Below are positions 11,113 through 23,100 of a stretch of DNA of 64,000 nucleotides, one piece after another. Source of the stretch: Antechinus flavipes (taxonomy: Eukaryota). The stretch covers positions 364,312,001 through 364,376,000 of the forward strand of contig NC_067401.1 in assembly GCF_016432865.1 (NCBI RefSeq), written 5' to 3'. Each line of letters starts with the position of its first letter. The stretch's first letter is position 1. Below the pieces are notes generated by a model. It was given only the letters and a program-made list of their open reading frames with translations. It had not been told where the DNA came from and made no database searches. A program made the position numbers and the translations under genes.

Positions 11113-14100
11113 CTGTTGGCCATACCAGAACTCTGTCACGGGTCGGGAGCACGGGAAAGTCCAAAGGGGGTCGGGATGTGGGGCCAGAAGAGGGATGCGA
11201 AGGGGCCAGGAACATGGGCAGGTCGGAGGGGCCAGGGAAAATGAGGGCTCAGGGGTCAGGCGGGCCGGGGCAGGAGGCATTTGGCTGGGGTTCAAGGGCA
11301 TGGGGTGCCCTTCCTCTACTTCCTTTCATTTAGCATTGGTCAGTTGGGAATTAGGAGAGTCCAGGGGACTGGAAGCAGACTAGAAATAGGAGTCTGGGTT
11401 ACAGCCAAGGATGGGGCTGAGGTACATGGAGTGCAATGGGGAGAGGTGGAGGGCACCCACGCTGACCTGGAGGAGGGATGGGGCAGGGGCTTAGGGGGAC
11501 ACAGGTGGGGCCGGGGCCTCACCATCACAGAGCAGCTACTGTTGTCCTTGAGACTATCAGGGTGGCCCTCAGCTTGAAGCCCTACATTCTCCTCAGGCTG
11601 CAGGGCCCGGACAAGGGGGAGGGGTCAGAATAAGGCCTCCAGCTCCTCCCTGGACCCCACCTCCTCCCCACCTGCTCCCCTACAACCTGGACCCTTCCGC
11701 TCTTTGCCCTCTGGCCTCCTCCCCTCCCCTATCCTTCCCACCAGCCTCCTCCCTATCCTGCCCTCCTTGCCTCAGTTCATCCTATCTTTCTCCTTCCCCT
11801 GCTCACCCCCTCCTCTTTCCATCAGGTGTTGGCTAAATGGAAGCCTCCTGCTGTGGTTAAAGTGCCATGGGGCTTCTGTATCTGAAGAGGGTTCTAGAAT
11901 GGTCTAGTCAGAGGGAGTTCAATTTGCTGCCCCCATCCCAGGGTCTTGACCAGCCTTGGACCAGCTAATCCACTAGAGACAGGGTTTGTGTTCCCCAAGG
12001 GTGGGCCTGTTTCTACCTTGGCCTGCCCCCTCCAAGGAACTCCAAATTCCCTGGATTCTCAGTATCTAAGTCCCTTATAATAGAACCTCAATCTTTCCTG
12101 AGACAGAGCTCTGGACCACTCCCCTCTGCTCTACCCCCTCCACCTTTATACCCCAACCATTCCTAAGACTCTGGCCAAGAGAGGAAGGCCTTTCTCCTGT
12201 CCCCTGTCACTCATGCACACAAATGTGATATCTAAACACATGTGCAGGTGGACCGGCTACCCACCTGGGTCCTGGGCTCCGCGTGGTGGGAGTGGAGTCT
12301 GCGGATGGAGTTCTCCCGGGTCAAGGTCAGCTCCTCCTCACTGTCCAAAAGAGACACCACCCTCCCTTAAGGGCAGGACTCTCCCGGGGAGGGGAAGCCC
12401 GGCTGTCTCAGGAGGGTGGGAGTCCTGGCCCGTGGGACACAGAACCAGGCCTGTGTGTGACCGTGGGACCAGTCTGGGGAGGCAGGAGAGGCCCCCTGGG
12501 CGTGTGAGCCTGGGAGCAGTCATTCATTCCCTCATTCCACAAATACTTAAGTGCTTGCTGGGTGGAAAGGAATCCCCAGGAGTCTCGTTCTCAGGGAGGA
12601 CTAGCAGGGGAGAGAAGCGAGCTTTCTCTCAGGTAGTCATTATTCGCAGTGGGACGGGGAAGTGCCTCAGACAGACACAGACAAAACACTCGGGAGAGTG
12701 TGTCCAACCCAGGGGCCGGGCTGTCCTTTGTTCTCCAGGAGGACCGAGATGGCCACTGTGTTACAGTGTGTCCGACCGGCTGACCAGTCCAACACGAGCT
12801 CGGCGCTCTGCCCCCGATGGGCCTGTGAACACGTGGAGCGGCCTCTGACTGCACATCCAGCCTTTCTCGGGGCTCATTCACTCTGCCTTGCTCACAGGCA
12901 CAGCCCCTTCTCCGGCCGTGCCAGTGTCTCCCAGGTCACACAATCCATTCTAAAGTTATTAAGAGAGACCTGCAGAGTGTCCTCGTGTCGCCGTTTCTGA
13001 CCGTCTGGTGAGGGCTTGCCCTGTGTGAGCTCTCCATAAAATGATTTTTGGATTTCGATAGAGATTGAAGTTGGTGGTTGAGGATAATGGAGGAAGGAGC
13101 AGCGTTTTAGGGAGAAGAAATTGCAGCAAGGCTCAGGAGAAAGCCCAGGGGGACAGTGCTTGCATACACGTGTCTTAGTTCCATCGTGTGTGATTGCCCT
13201 TTTTGGACAGGGTCACCTCCCCTCTGGATCCAACCTTTTCTTCTCAGGGAGTCATTTTAAATTCCCCCAAACTTTTGCATTTCCAGCTTTCCCTCTACAT
13301 TCTCCCAGCCCAGCTTCTGTCCCTGCCCTTTCCTCTCTTCTCCCCTGCTCTCCTTCTCCCTTCTCCCTTCCCCAGTAACCGTCCCCCCCCCAGCACTCAC
13401 TATTTCTGGGTCATCTGCTGGGCCTTGCGTCGGTGGTATCTGGACATGAGCACCACCACCACCACCAGAAGGCACAGCAGCAGGGCAGCGATCACTCCCA
13501 CCGCCACCACGGAGGCCGAGACCACGTCCACATCAACAGGTGGGGCTTCATCTTCTGCTGAGAGCCGGAGAGGGGCCCAAACAGGGGGTCAGAGGGGCTC
13601 AGCCCCTCCCCCAGTGCAACAATTCTACCCCACCCCCCACCGGAACCTCCCGCTGGCCTAGGCTCCCACCCCAATATGGGGGGACGGGAAAGGAAGCACT
13701 GGGAGGGGCGAGTGAATGACTCCCGCACAATCCCCTTGGGATCCTCTGAATGAAAACTCCTTGAAAAGAGGTATTTAATTGGTTGCATTGTTTTTTTGGA
13801 GACAACTGGATTAAGTGACTTGCCCAGGATCACCCAGTGTCTGAGGCTGAATTTGAACTCGGGTCCTGCTAAGGCCAGGGCCAGGGCTCTATCCATGTTT
13901 CATTTGTTTTGGAAGCACCAGGGCCCAGCGTAGAGCTGGAAGAGGTAGGAACATCGCACAGCGGAGGCCTGGCCAGCAGGCCTGCCCCCGCCGGGAATGG
14001 GGCTCCGTGGCCACGCCCCCATTGCTTGTGGGCCGATGGTGAGGGTCCTTGCTGTCCCCCACCCGCCTCCTCCCCGTCCCCGGTTTCTATCTGCCGCAGC

Positions 14101-17100
14101 CCCTCCCCGGCTCTGGCATTTGCCCCATAATCCCCCGTGCTCTCTCCCGAGTCCCAGCTCACCTAGGACAGTCACAGTGACCTGGCTACTGCGGGAGGAG
14201 ACCTCGTTGCTGACATGGCAGACGTAGGTGCCGCTGTGCTCCACAACCAGCGGGGGGAAGCCCAAGGTGCCTCCGTCCACTCGCACCCCGCTGGGCAGGG
14301 GCCGATCCAGCCTGAGAGGGCAGGAGAGGCTGATGGGTGCCGGCCAGACCGGGCCAAGGCTGCGCCGCTGCTGCCTGACGTGCCCGGGCAGCTCCCGCCC
14401 TCCCCCCCACGGTGACGTCACCCAGAGCCGCCGGCTGGTTCCCACGGTGCCCCTCCCTCCCCGGGGCAGGTCTGGGCACGGGCCTGGGCAGAGGCCCCTC
14501 CCCCCTGCTGCCCAGCCTGACCCGGGCACCCCCCACCCTGCAACGGGGAGACCGGCACACGTGCCGTCCCACAGGCTCCCACACTCATCACAGCTCCCAG
14601 GAGCCGGCAGGCCCACAACAGGCCACACGCTTGTCGGCGAGCCCCAAAAAGCCGGGCTCACAGAGGGAAGGATGCGCTCTGACAGGGGGACGTTGTGCGG
14701 GGGGACTCGGCCCTCGGGTCACTCGGACACCTCCCGGCCCAGGGACCGGCCCCGGAAACCAGCCGCGAGCCCCGACCTCCCGAGCCCAGGCGGGCTCTGC
14801 ACCGGGCGCGGGGCCTCCCCTCCTCTAGCCAGCGCTGGGGGAGGGGGAGAGAGGGACTCGGCCCTCGGGTCACTCGGACATCCCGGCCCAGGGACCGCCC
14901 CGGAAACCAGCCGCGAGCCCCGACCTCCCGAGCCCAGGCGGGCTCTGCACCGGGCGCGGGGCCTCCCCTCCTCGGGCCGGCGCGAGGGGAAGGGGGGCGG
15001 GGGGACTCGGCCCTCGGGTCACTCGGACACCTCCCGGCCCAGGGACCGCCCCGGAAACCAGCCGCGAGCCCCGACCTCCCGAGCCCAAGCGGGCTCTGCA
15101 CCGGGCGCGGGGCCTCCCCTCCTCTAGCCAGCGCTGGGGGAGGGGGAGAGAGGGACTCGGCCCTCGTGTCACTCGGACATCCCGGCCCAGGGACCGCCCC
15201 GGAAACCAGCCGCGAGCCCCGACCTCCCGAGCCCAGGCGGGCTCTGCACCGGGCGCGGGGCCTCCCCTCCTCGGGCCGGTGCGGGGGGAGGGGGAGAGAG
15301 GGACTCGGCCCTCGTGTCACTCGGACATCCCGGCCCAGGGACCGCCCCGGAAACCAGCCGCGAGCCCCGACCTCCCGAGCCCAGGCGGGCTCTGCACCGG
15401 GCGCGGGGCCTCCCCTCCTCGGGCCGGTGCGGGGGGAGGGGGAGAGAGGGACTCGGCCCTCGTGTCACTCGGACATCCCGGCCAGGGACCGCCCCGAAAC
15501 CAGCCGCGAGCCCCGACCTCCCGAGCCCAGGCGGGCTCTGCACCGGCGCGGGGCCTCCCCTCCTCGGGCCGGTGCGGGGGGAGGGGGAGAGAGGGACTCG
15601 GCCCTCGTGTCACTCGGACACCTCCCGGCCCAGGGACCACCCGGGAAACCAGCCGCGAGCCCGACCTCCCGAGCCCAGGCGGGCTCTGCACCGGGCGCGG
15701 GGCCTCCCTTCCTCCCGCCCGGCGCGGGGCCTCCACTCACCGGCTCCAGTTGTAGGAGGGGGGCGGCTGCCCCTCACTCACACACTTGAGCATCACGCCT
15801 TCTCTGCCCACGTGCCATAACTCTGGGTCTTCGTGGCCCCATACCGAGGCCTCGGCAAGAACTGCGGAGGCAGAGAGGGGGGTTGGGGAGGAGCGGAGAG
15901 AGAAGGCGGGAAATGCAGCCCCACCCCCCACCCCCTTCAGGCCCGCTCTGGTTCTCCCTTCTCAGGGCATGTGCCATGTTTGCAGAGGAAACCACTGGTC
16001 CCGCCCCGGGGTCCTGGGTCAGGCTGGTCCTTCCCTGAGCACAGGGACTCACCGCAAACTTCTTAGAGCCGACTGTTGAGCTGAGGGAATGCTGACTGAT
16101 GGGGACCCCCTCCTCACCCTCACTTTGTGCCCCTCCTGCCCCTCCCCCGCTCGGGGCCCAGGGACTCACAGGCGACCTGGAGCATGTGCGTGATCCTTTT
16201 GTCCTCCGGCAGGCCGGGGTGGGACACCACACAGGTGAGGGGCTGCCCGTTCATCGTCCGGCTCGGCACCAGGTGGAACTCCGAGGTGACCGAAGCCGAT
16301 CGTGGGTGATTGGACAAGCGGCTAGTGATCACCCCCTTGACCGCCGTGTCCCAGGTCACGCTGGGCACAGGACTGCCCTCGGCTGTGCAGGAGGCGGCCA
16401 GGGTTCGCCCCTGGCCTTCTTCCAGGCTAGGGCCCAGGTTCAGTGTGGGCAGAGGGGGCACTGCAGGAGTGGGGGGAAGGAAAAGACTCCATCAGGGAAA
16501 ACCTGGCTCTGTTGCCAGCCCCCCCCCTCCAGTCTCTCAGTCTCTCTCTTCTCCCCTAGACACACACACCTCCCACTGCCACCCCCACAGAAAGGTCACC
16601 TGCTCACCATACTCTGCCTCTTCCCTGCCCTGCCCAGGACACATGTGTTCTAGGCTCCCTTGGAGCAGTCACTCCCATCTTCCCATATTCCTGGCTCTGT
16701 TTCCACCTTTCCTGGGAAATCCAACCTGCTGCCTGCTTCTCAGTCTTTATCTTCTCTCGCCTCCTTAACACCTTCCTCATCTTTGCCTTGTTCTCCATCC
16801 CTCCCTTTGGACGCTATACTAGGTTTTTGATTGTTTTACTTTCCAGCTAAATGACTCCTAAAGAAGTGTGGTTTTCCTACACACACACACACACACCTTC
16901 CTTCCTGAGCAATCCAGAGCTCAGCACTTTTATGATCTCACCTCCTCCTGAAACATCTCTATAAAGTAGGGAGGAGGCAGGAAATAGAGTACTTTATAGG
17001 GGAGGGGACTGATAGTGACCAGACAAGTCCAAATGAGAAATGTCCATTAGAGTATTCCCCCCAGGACTACTTGTGTGAATGGTTGTTTAGGACACAAATT

Positions 17101-20100
17101 CATTTCATTCAGTTGTCAGAGTGAAATTGTACCATTCCAACAAATTGGTTTTGGAATTTCATTCAGTTTTCAGATTGAAATTGTATCATTCCAACAAATT
17201 GGTTGTTTTGAAATTTTCATAATTTAATTTTTCTACTAGAAAAATAACTCAAATTTATGTTAATATTATCTTCATTTTATAGCTCAAGAAACTAAGGTTT
17301 GGGATGTTATATAGGCCTTAAGATAGCTAAAAACAAAACAAAACAAAAACCTGACATTATCTAATCTAGTTAGATTTGAGCTAGATTAGCTCAAATTTGA
17401 CAGTTAAGCAAACTAAGACCCATAGAAAAGAAGAGATTTGCCTGCTATCACACAGGACCAGAATTTGGCATTTTACCTGGAACATGTCTTCTGACACTCA
17501 ATCCATTACTTTTCTTAGTAATCAAATTAATCTTAGTAACCTTTTTTTTAGTAATCAAGCTATCTCTCTAGGAGAAGCACTGGACTTGGATTCAAAGTTC
17601 TAGTTATGGTTCTTTTTGGAGAAGTCATTTCTTCTCTCTACGATGCATTTCCTTTTGACAAATAAGGGACTGGTAAATCTTTAAGGCTCCTATTTTTCTG
17701 TCTATTGCCCAATCCCCAGTTCCTGGACTGCCTATCTTCCATCTTCCTTTTCCCTAGACCTCTTCACCCACTCACCAAGCACCCGGAGATGGAGCCCCGC
17801 CTGGAAACTGCCTGCAGGGAAAGTGCTGACTCGGCACTCATAGTCCCCCTCGTCGGCCTGCACGGCATTCCGCAAGAGCACGGCTCCGTCGTTGGGATCC
17901 CGGGGAGGCGACGGCCTCTCCACTCGTCCCTCGTAGGCAGGGCTCACGTGCAGACCGTATGTGTCGTGGAGCAGTGCCAGTTCGGTCATTCCCTCTCCCT
18001 CTCCAACTCGGGCCCAAGCCACCTGCTTCACCTGCTCCCCAGGCTCTCCCTTGTAGAAACAGGGCAGCTCTGCATCTTGACCCAGGACCACAGTAACCAG
18101 GGCTGATGTCTCCAGCTCACCAGCCAGGCACAAACCTGCAGGGAAGCGAAAGAAAGAGCCTTGGTTAACGCTGCTACCTGTAAGGCAGGTAACTGCTGTA
18201 TTCCTAATAATGATAAATATGCAGCCTCATGTGGATAAACAGAACCTTCATGGGCAATGCAAACATACTCTGTAAAAACAATCACAATAACTGGCATGTG
18301 TAGGGTTTATATGAGGCAAAACACTTTCACCTACTTGATCTCATCTGATCAGCAGGTCAGATGTGAGAATTCCCCATTTCACAGATGAGGAAATACGTTT
18401 TTAGAGAAGTAAAGGAATTTATTGGAGATCACATAGCTGGTTAATGACTGAGGTAATCCTGGAAGAAAGCGAATATAATACAAAGAATTGTAGTTAAGAG
18501 TTGGAAGACCTGGAGTCTCAAATCTAGCCCTGTTATTTACTGCCTGGGTGAGCCCTGGGCAACTACTCAGCTCCTCCAGATGGGTTCAAACCCTAGCTCT
18601 CGTGCTTTTCAGTTCTACGACCCTGGACAACCTACTTCAATTCTCTGTACCTCACAGAAAATGAGAAAACAATCAGATGGGAGGGAGTTGGAAATGGAAA
18701 TTTCCTGGAGAAAGATGGATGAATATCAGATTCCACTTTCTGGGGTTCTGAAGGGAAGGTTATTCTTCTCTAGGGTCACGAATGCCAGCATGAGTTAATG
18801 GGAAGCTAATGAGACTTAGGGTTGTAGATCCTGAGTCCTAATCTCCAGCTTCTCTGCTAGCCACCCCTGTAACCTCCAGCAAGACAGTTCACTTTTCTGG
18901 GCCTCAGTTATCTCAAATATATAAAATGAGGGAGTTGAGCTAGATTCCCTGCAAAGGACTTTCTGGATCAAAAGCTCGAGGAGGAGCTGAATTTCAAGAT
19001 CCATAAGGAAGTGAAGAACCATAGGTTTTAGAACTAATAAGACCTCTTAGAAATAATCTAGTTCATCTAGAAAACCAAGTCCTAGAGTTCTGTGATTTGT
19101 CCAAAGTATAAAATTAAGATCAAAAATCTAGACCTGAGAGATCCTCTAGTCTAATCTCCTAACTTTGCAGGTGGGGAAACTGAGGTCTAGATTTGTTAAG
19201 TAACTTGTGTAAGGTTAAGAGGTGGGAATTGTACCCAGGGTCTCTGATTCCACAGACGGGGCTTCTACCATATAAGAAATACCTAACTCAACTGGGGTTT
19301 AAATCCAGATCAAATTCACAGACTGTCAGAGCTGGAAAGGACTTCAGAAATCATTAGTCCTGTATATTAGAAGTGAGAAACACATGTTCCATGTGGGGGA
19401 AATGGCTTGAACAGAGTCACAGAGGCAGGAATAAGCAAGTTGTCAACCTGGGAGAAAATCAAGTTTTCAGTGAGGCTGGAGATAGATGAGAATGAAATTG
19501 GAGACATGAAGAAAAAGTCAAGTCTGATTGATATGGGAAGGAAAAACAGGGACCTAAATATTCATTCAATGATCTGGCACTATGGGGATGTACCTAACCT
19601 GCCTCCCCAATGACCTGGTCATTCCATTTTGGATTCCAAAGCGAAGCAAGCAATGAATGGTTTCCAAGCTGTGATCTCACAGCAGTGTTCCAGATAGGTA
19701 TTATGGATCATAGAGTCATAGAAGTATAGAGAAGTCAGTTATCTAGTTCAGCTCCCTAGTTTTACAGATAAGGATATTGAAGACCAGAAATGTTTATGAC
19801 TTAATCCTTGCCCTCAAGACACTTGAGATCTTATTGAGAAGACACAGACACATATGAAGTAATTATGTGAATAGAATATAACATATAGATGTTAAGCCTT
19901 CAAGGGTCAATAAAAGGGGAATTATTTTGCACTAGAACCATTAAGGGAGACTTCATGGAATAGGCAGAATTTTAGTTGGGGTATCTAGAATTTGTCCAGG
20001 TAAGCTTAAAGGAAGATTTCATCTCAGGGTAGAAGAACAATGTAAAAAAAGACCAGACTAAGAATACTGTATCTGTGGGACAATGAGACCAACCTGACTA

Positions 20101-23100
20101 GAGTATAGGGTGTGGGATAGGGAGTAGTAGGAAATAGTTTGATGGAAAGGGTGGAGATAGATTATATATGGAAGACAGGTTCTGAAACCAGACAAAAGCG
20201 TTCACATGGTATGAAAAGAAAGAAACCCAGAATAGGCTTTTGATCAGGGAAGAAATAAAATAATTTTGTTCAGTTGTTTCACTTGTGTCCAACTCTTCAT
20301 AACCCATTTGAAGTTTTCTTGGCAAAGATACTGGAGTACTTTGCCATATCCTTCCCCAGCTCATTTTACAGATGAAGAAATTGAGATAAACAGGGTTAAA
20401 TGACTTGCCCAGAGTCACACAACCAGTAAGTGTCTGTGGCCAGATTTGAAGTCAGGAAGATGACTCTTCCTAACTCCAGGCTCAGCATTCTATTTACTGC
20501 TCCACCTATAATAATAACTATCATTTATTTATTATTTTCAGCATTTGCAAAGTGTTTTCTTTACAACTACCAGATGAGGTAAGTAACAATAACAATAACT
20601 CACCTTTATGTAGCATATTAAGGTTGGCAAAATGCTTCCCTCACAACAAGCCTGTGAGATTGGAAGTACTGGGTGCTACGATGGATAAAGTACTAGAGAC
20701 AAGAAGACCTGAGTTCGAATCCTGCCTTAGATGCAAGTCACTTGCCTCAGTTTCCTCTGCAAAGTGGGGATAATAACATTATGTAACTCTTAGGGTTGTT
20801 GTGAGGATCTAATAAGATACTATTTGAAAAACTTTATAAACTTTAATATAATATATAAATGCTAACTATTATTATTATGCCCACTTATAAATTGGGGAAA
20901 CTGAGGCAAGTGGCTACACAAGCAAGGATACACAATTCAAGACCTATTTTGAACTTGGGTCTTTTGATGCTGTATATACAGCTCTTTCTATTGTATCATA
21001 CTACCTTTACTACAAAACACTGGATTATAGAAAGATTAACTTGACAAGCATTATATAAAATGGGTTGAAGGAGGGAAAACAGAGACAGGAATATCAGCCA
21101 GGCAGCAGTTAAAATAATCCAAGCATGTGACTATGGGAGTAAAGATGCTGGGGTAATTGGAATAGAAAGGAAGGGATAGATGTGAAACATCTCATAGGGG
21201 GAAAAATTGACAGGGATGATGATTGATTGAGTACTGGGATTAAAGGAGAGGAAATACAACTTCAAAGTTTTCAAGATTAGGGGGAAGAAGAATTTAGGGC
21301 TTCTGATGGAGCATGGTTTGAAAGAAAATTTAAGGGCATCAGGAATCAGAAAAGTATAAGAGGATTACCCAAGAAAGAAAGAAAAAAGGAGCCTGTAGTA
21401 GAGATAGAGATAGGTAAGGATTAGAGGGGAGAGATAGAATGGGGGAAAGGAAGACTATTAGATTTTAAGCAATTCCTTGTGTCTTTTCAAAAAATTCCCA
21501 ATAATTAGCAAATGATGCTTTGTATATAAAAAGCCTTCTAAAAATGTTGGTTAAAGACCTGAATTGAATTGAAGAAAGACAAATAACCCAAGGAAGAAAC
21601 TGGGCAGAAAGAAAGAAGGTGGTCATAGTAATAATATCAGGGGATGCTCACTCTGTGGGACAGGCTGGAAACAGCCATTCCTACTTCACTTTATTCCTCC
21701 AGAAAGGGAGCTCTCCAGGGTCCAGAGGCAAGGAGAGAGGGCAGTCACCTAAAAGGGGAGATCAGGATTGACATGTGCACCTATCCCCTGACAGGGAAGA
21801 AGGGAAAGCTGCAGACTTCCCCCTGGGGTGGACCCTGCTTAGAGAGAGCCTGGATTAGAACCAGGGGGTCCTCTGGCCCCAGATGGGAGGAGCAAAGGGA
21901 GGGAGGATGCTGCTGAGAGTAGGGAGGGACAGAACAGGACGGGACAGACCTGCAGGGCCAGATGCCAGGGCCCTGAGCCGCCTGCACCTATGTTGGACCC
22001 ACCCAGCTCACCTTGGGAGTCCAGCTAATCACCCTCCCCCCTCTGCTTCTTCTCACTCCCACCCAATTACCTCAGTCCCTCACTATGGAGGGGGGGAGAG
22101 AATTTGGAAGGGGGATGACACAGACCCAGGGGGATGCCTAAACCTCCCTTTCTGCTTCTCAAAAGACTGGGCTTCATACAGACACAAAGGGAACCTTGAG
22201 CCTCCCTCCACAGGGTGCCCTCAAAGCAAAACCTAAATCCTTGTAACTTTATTAGTGGAGAGTCTCATACCAATGCGCTTGGGGACTGAATCATACTCTG
22301 AAGAAAGGGAAACTGCCTCTACCCCCAAAGAGTCAAAGAAGGCAAGGGTAAGAGCCCCATGAGGAAGCTCGGAGGAGAATGACTTCAGCTACCCTGAGGA
22401 TAATAAAATTTGTTCTGTGGGCGAGACCCTGCCTCTCAGCAACCCAGGGAGGATCCCCTAACTGCTCTCATTGATCAAGGGAATATGTTTCCCTCATTTT
22501 ACCCTCCCCCACTAAAACCCCTCATCTCCCAGCCCAGTGGGCCATTGGCTACGGCAGGATTTCTTCCCAAGTTGACTCCCTGAGCCCTGCTCAAGACCCT
22601 TCTGTGAATCCCTGGCTCCCAAACGAGAAGGGCCAGGAATGTGGGCTTCCATGACCTTTGTGCAGGTCAGGAAACTGAGACCTGAGTCCCCCCAGCACGG
22701 AGACATGGAATTCCTTCAGTCCACTGTTCCAGGGACAGCGATGGACAAAGGAAAATGTCCCTGCCCTCGAGGAGCGTATGGTGCGCAGGGTAATTCGGTC
22801 ATAGATAATTAACTACCACACAAAGTCACGGTCAGGGGGCAGGGAACTAACACCTTGTGGGGCACAGGGAGGGGTTCAAGCCAGCCTGGTGTTTGTGCCG
22901 GGCTTGGAAGGAAGGTCTGAATTACAAGAAGCGAAGGTGAGGAGGGAGTGAATTCCAAATTGGGGAGGATGGGGAAAGGAATGAGGTGCAGCCTGTGCAA
23001 AAGCAGGGAAATAACAAGATGGAATCCGGAGTGCAAACAGTCTGCTGTGGCGAGGATGTAGCTGCTTCCTGGCCAGCGGGAGGGGACCTCTGCTTTGTGG

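Noticed and set aside
14186-15820. Long overlapping ORFs (299, 364, 220 aa etc.) on both strands
   Set aside because: By-product of a stop-poor GC-rich VNTR; Pro/Arg/Gly repeats in all frames.
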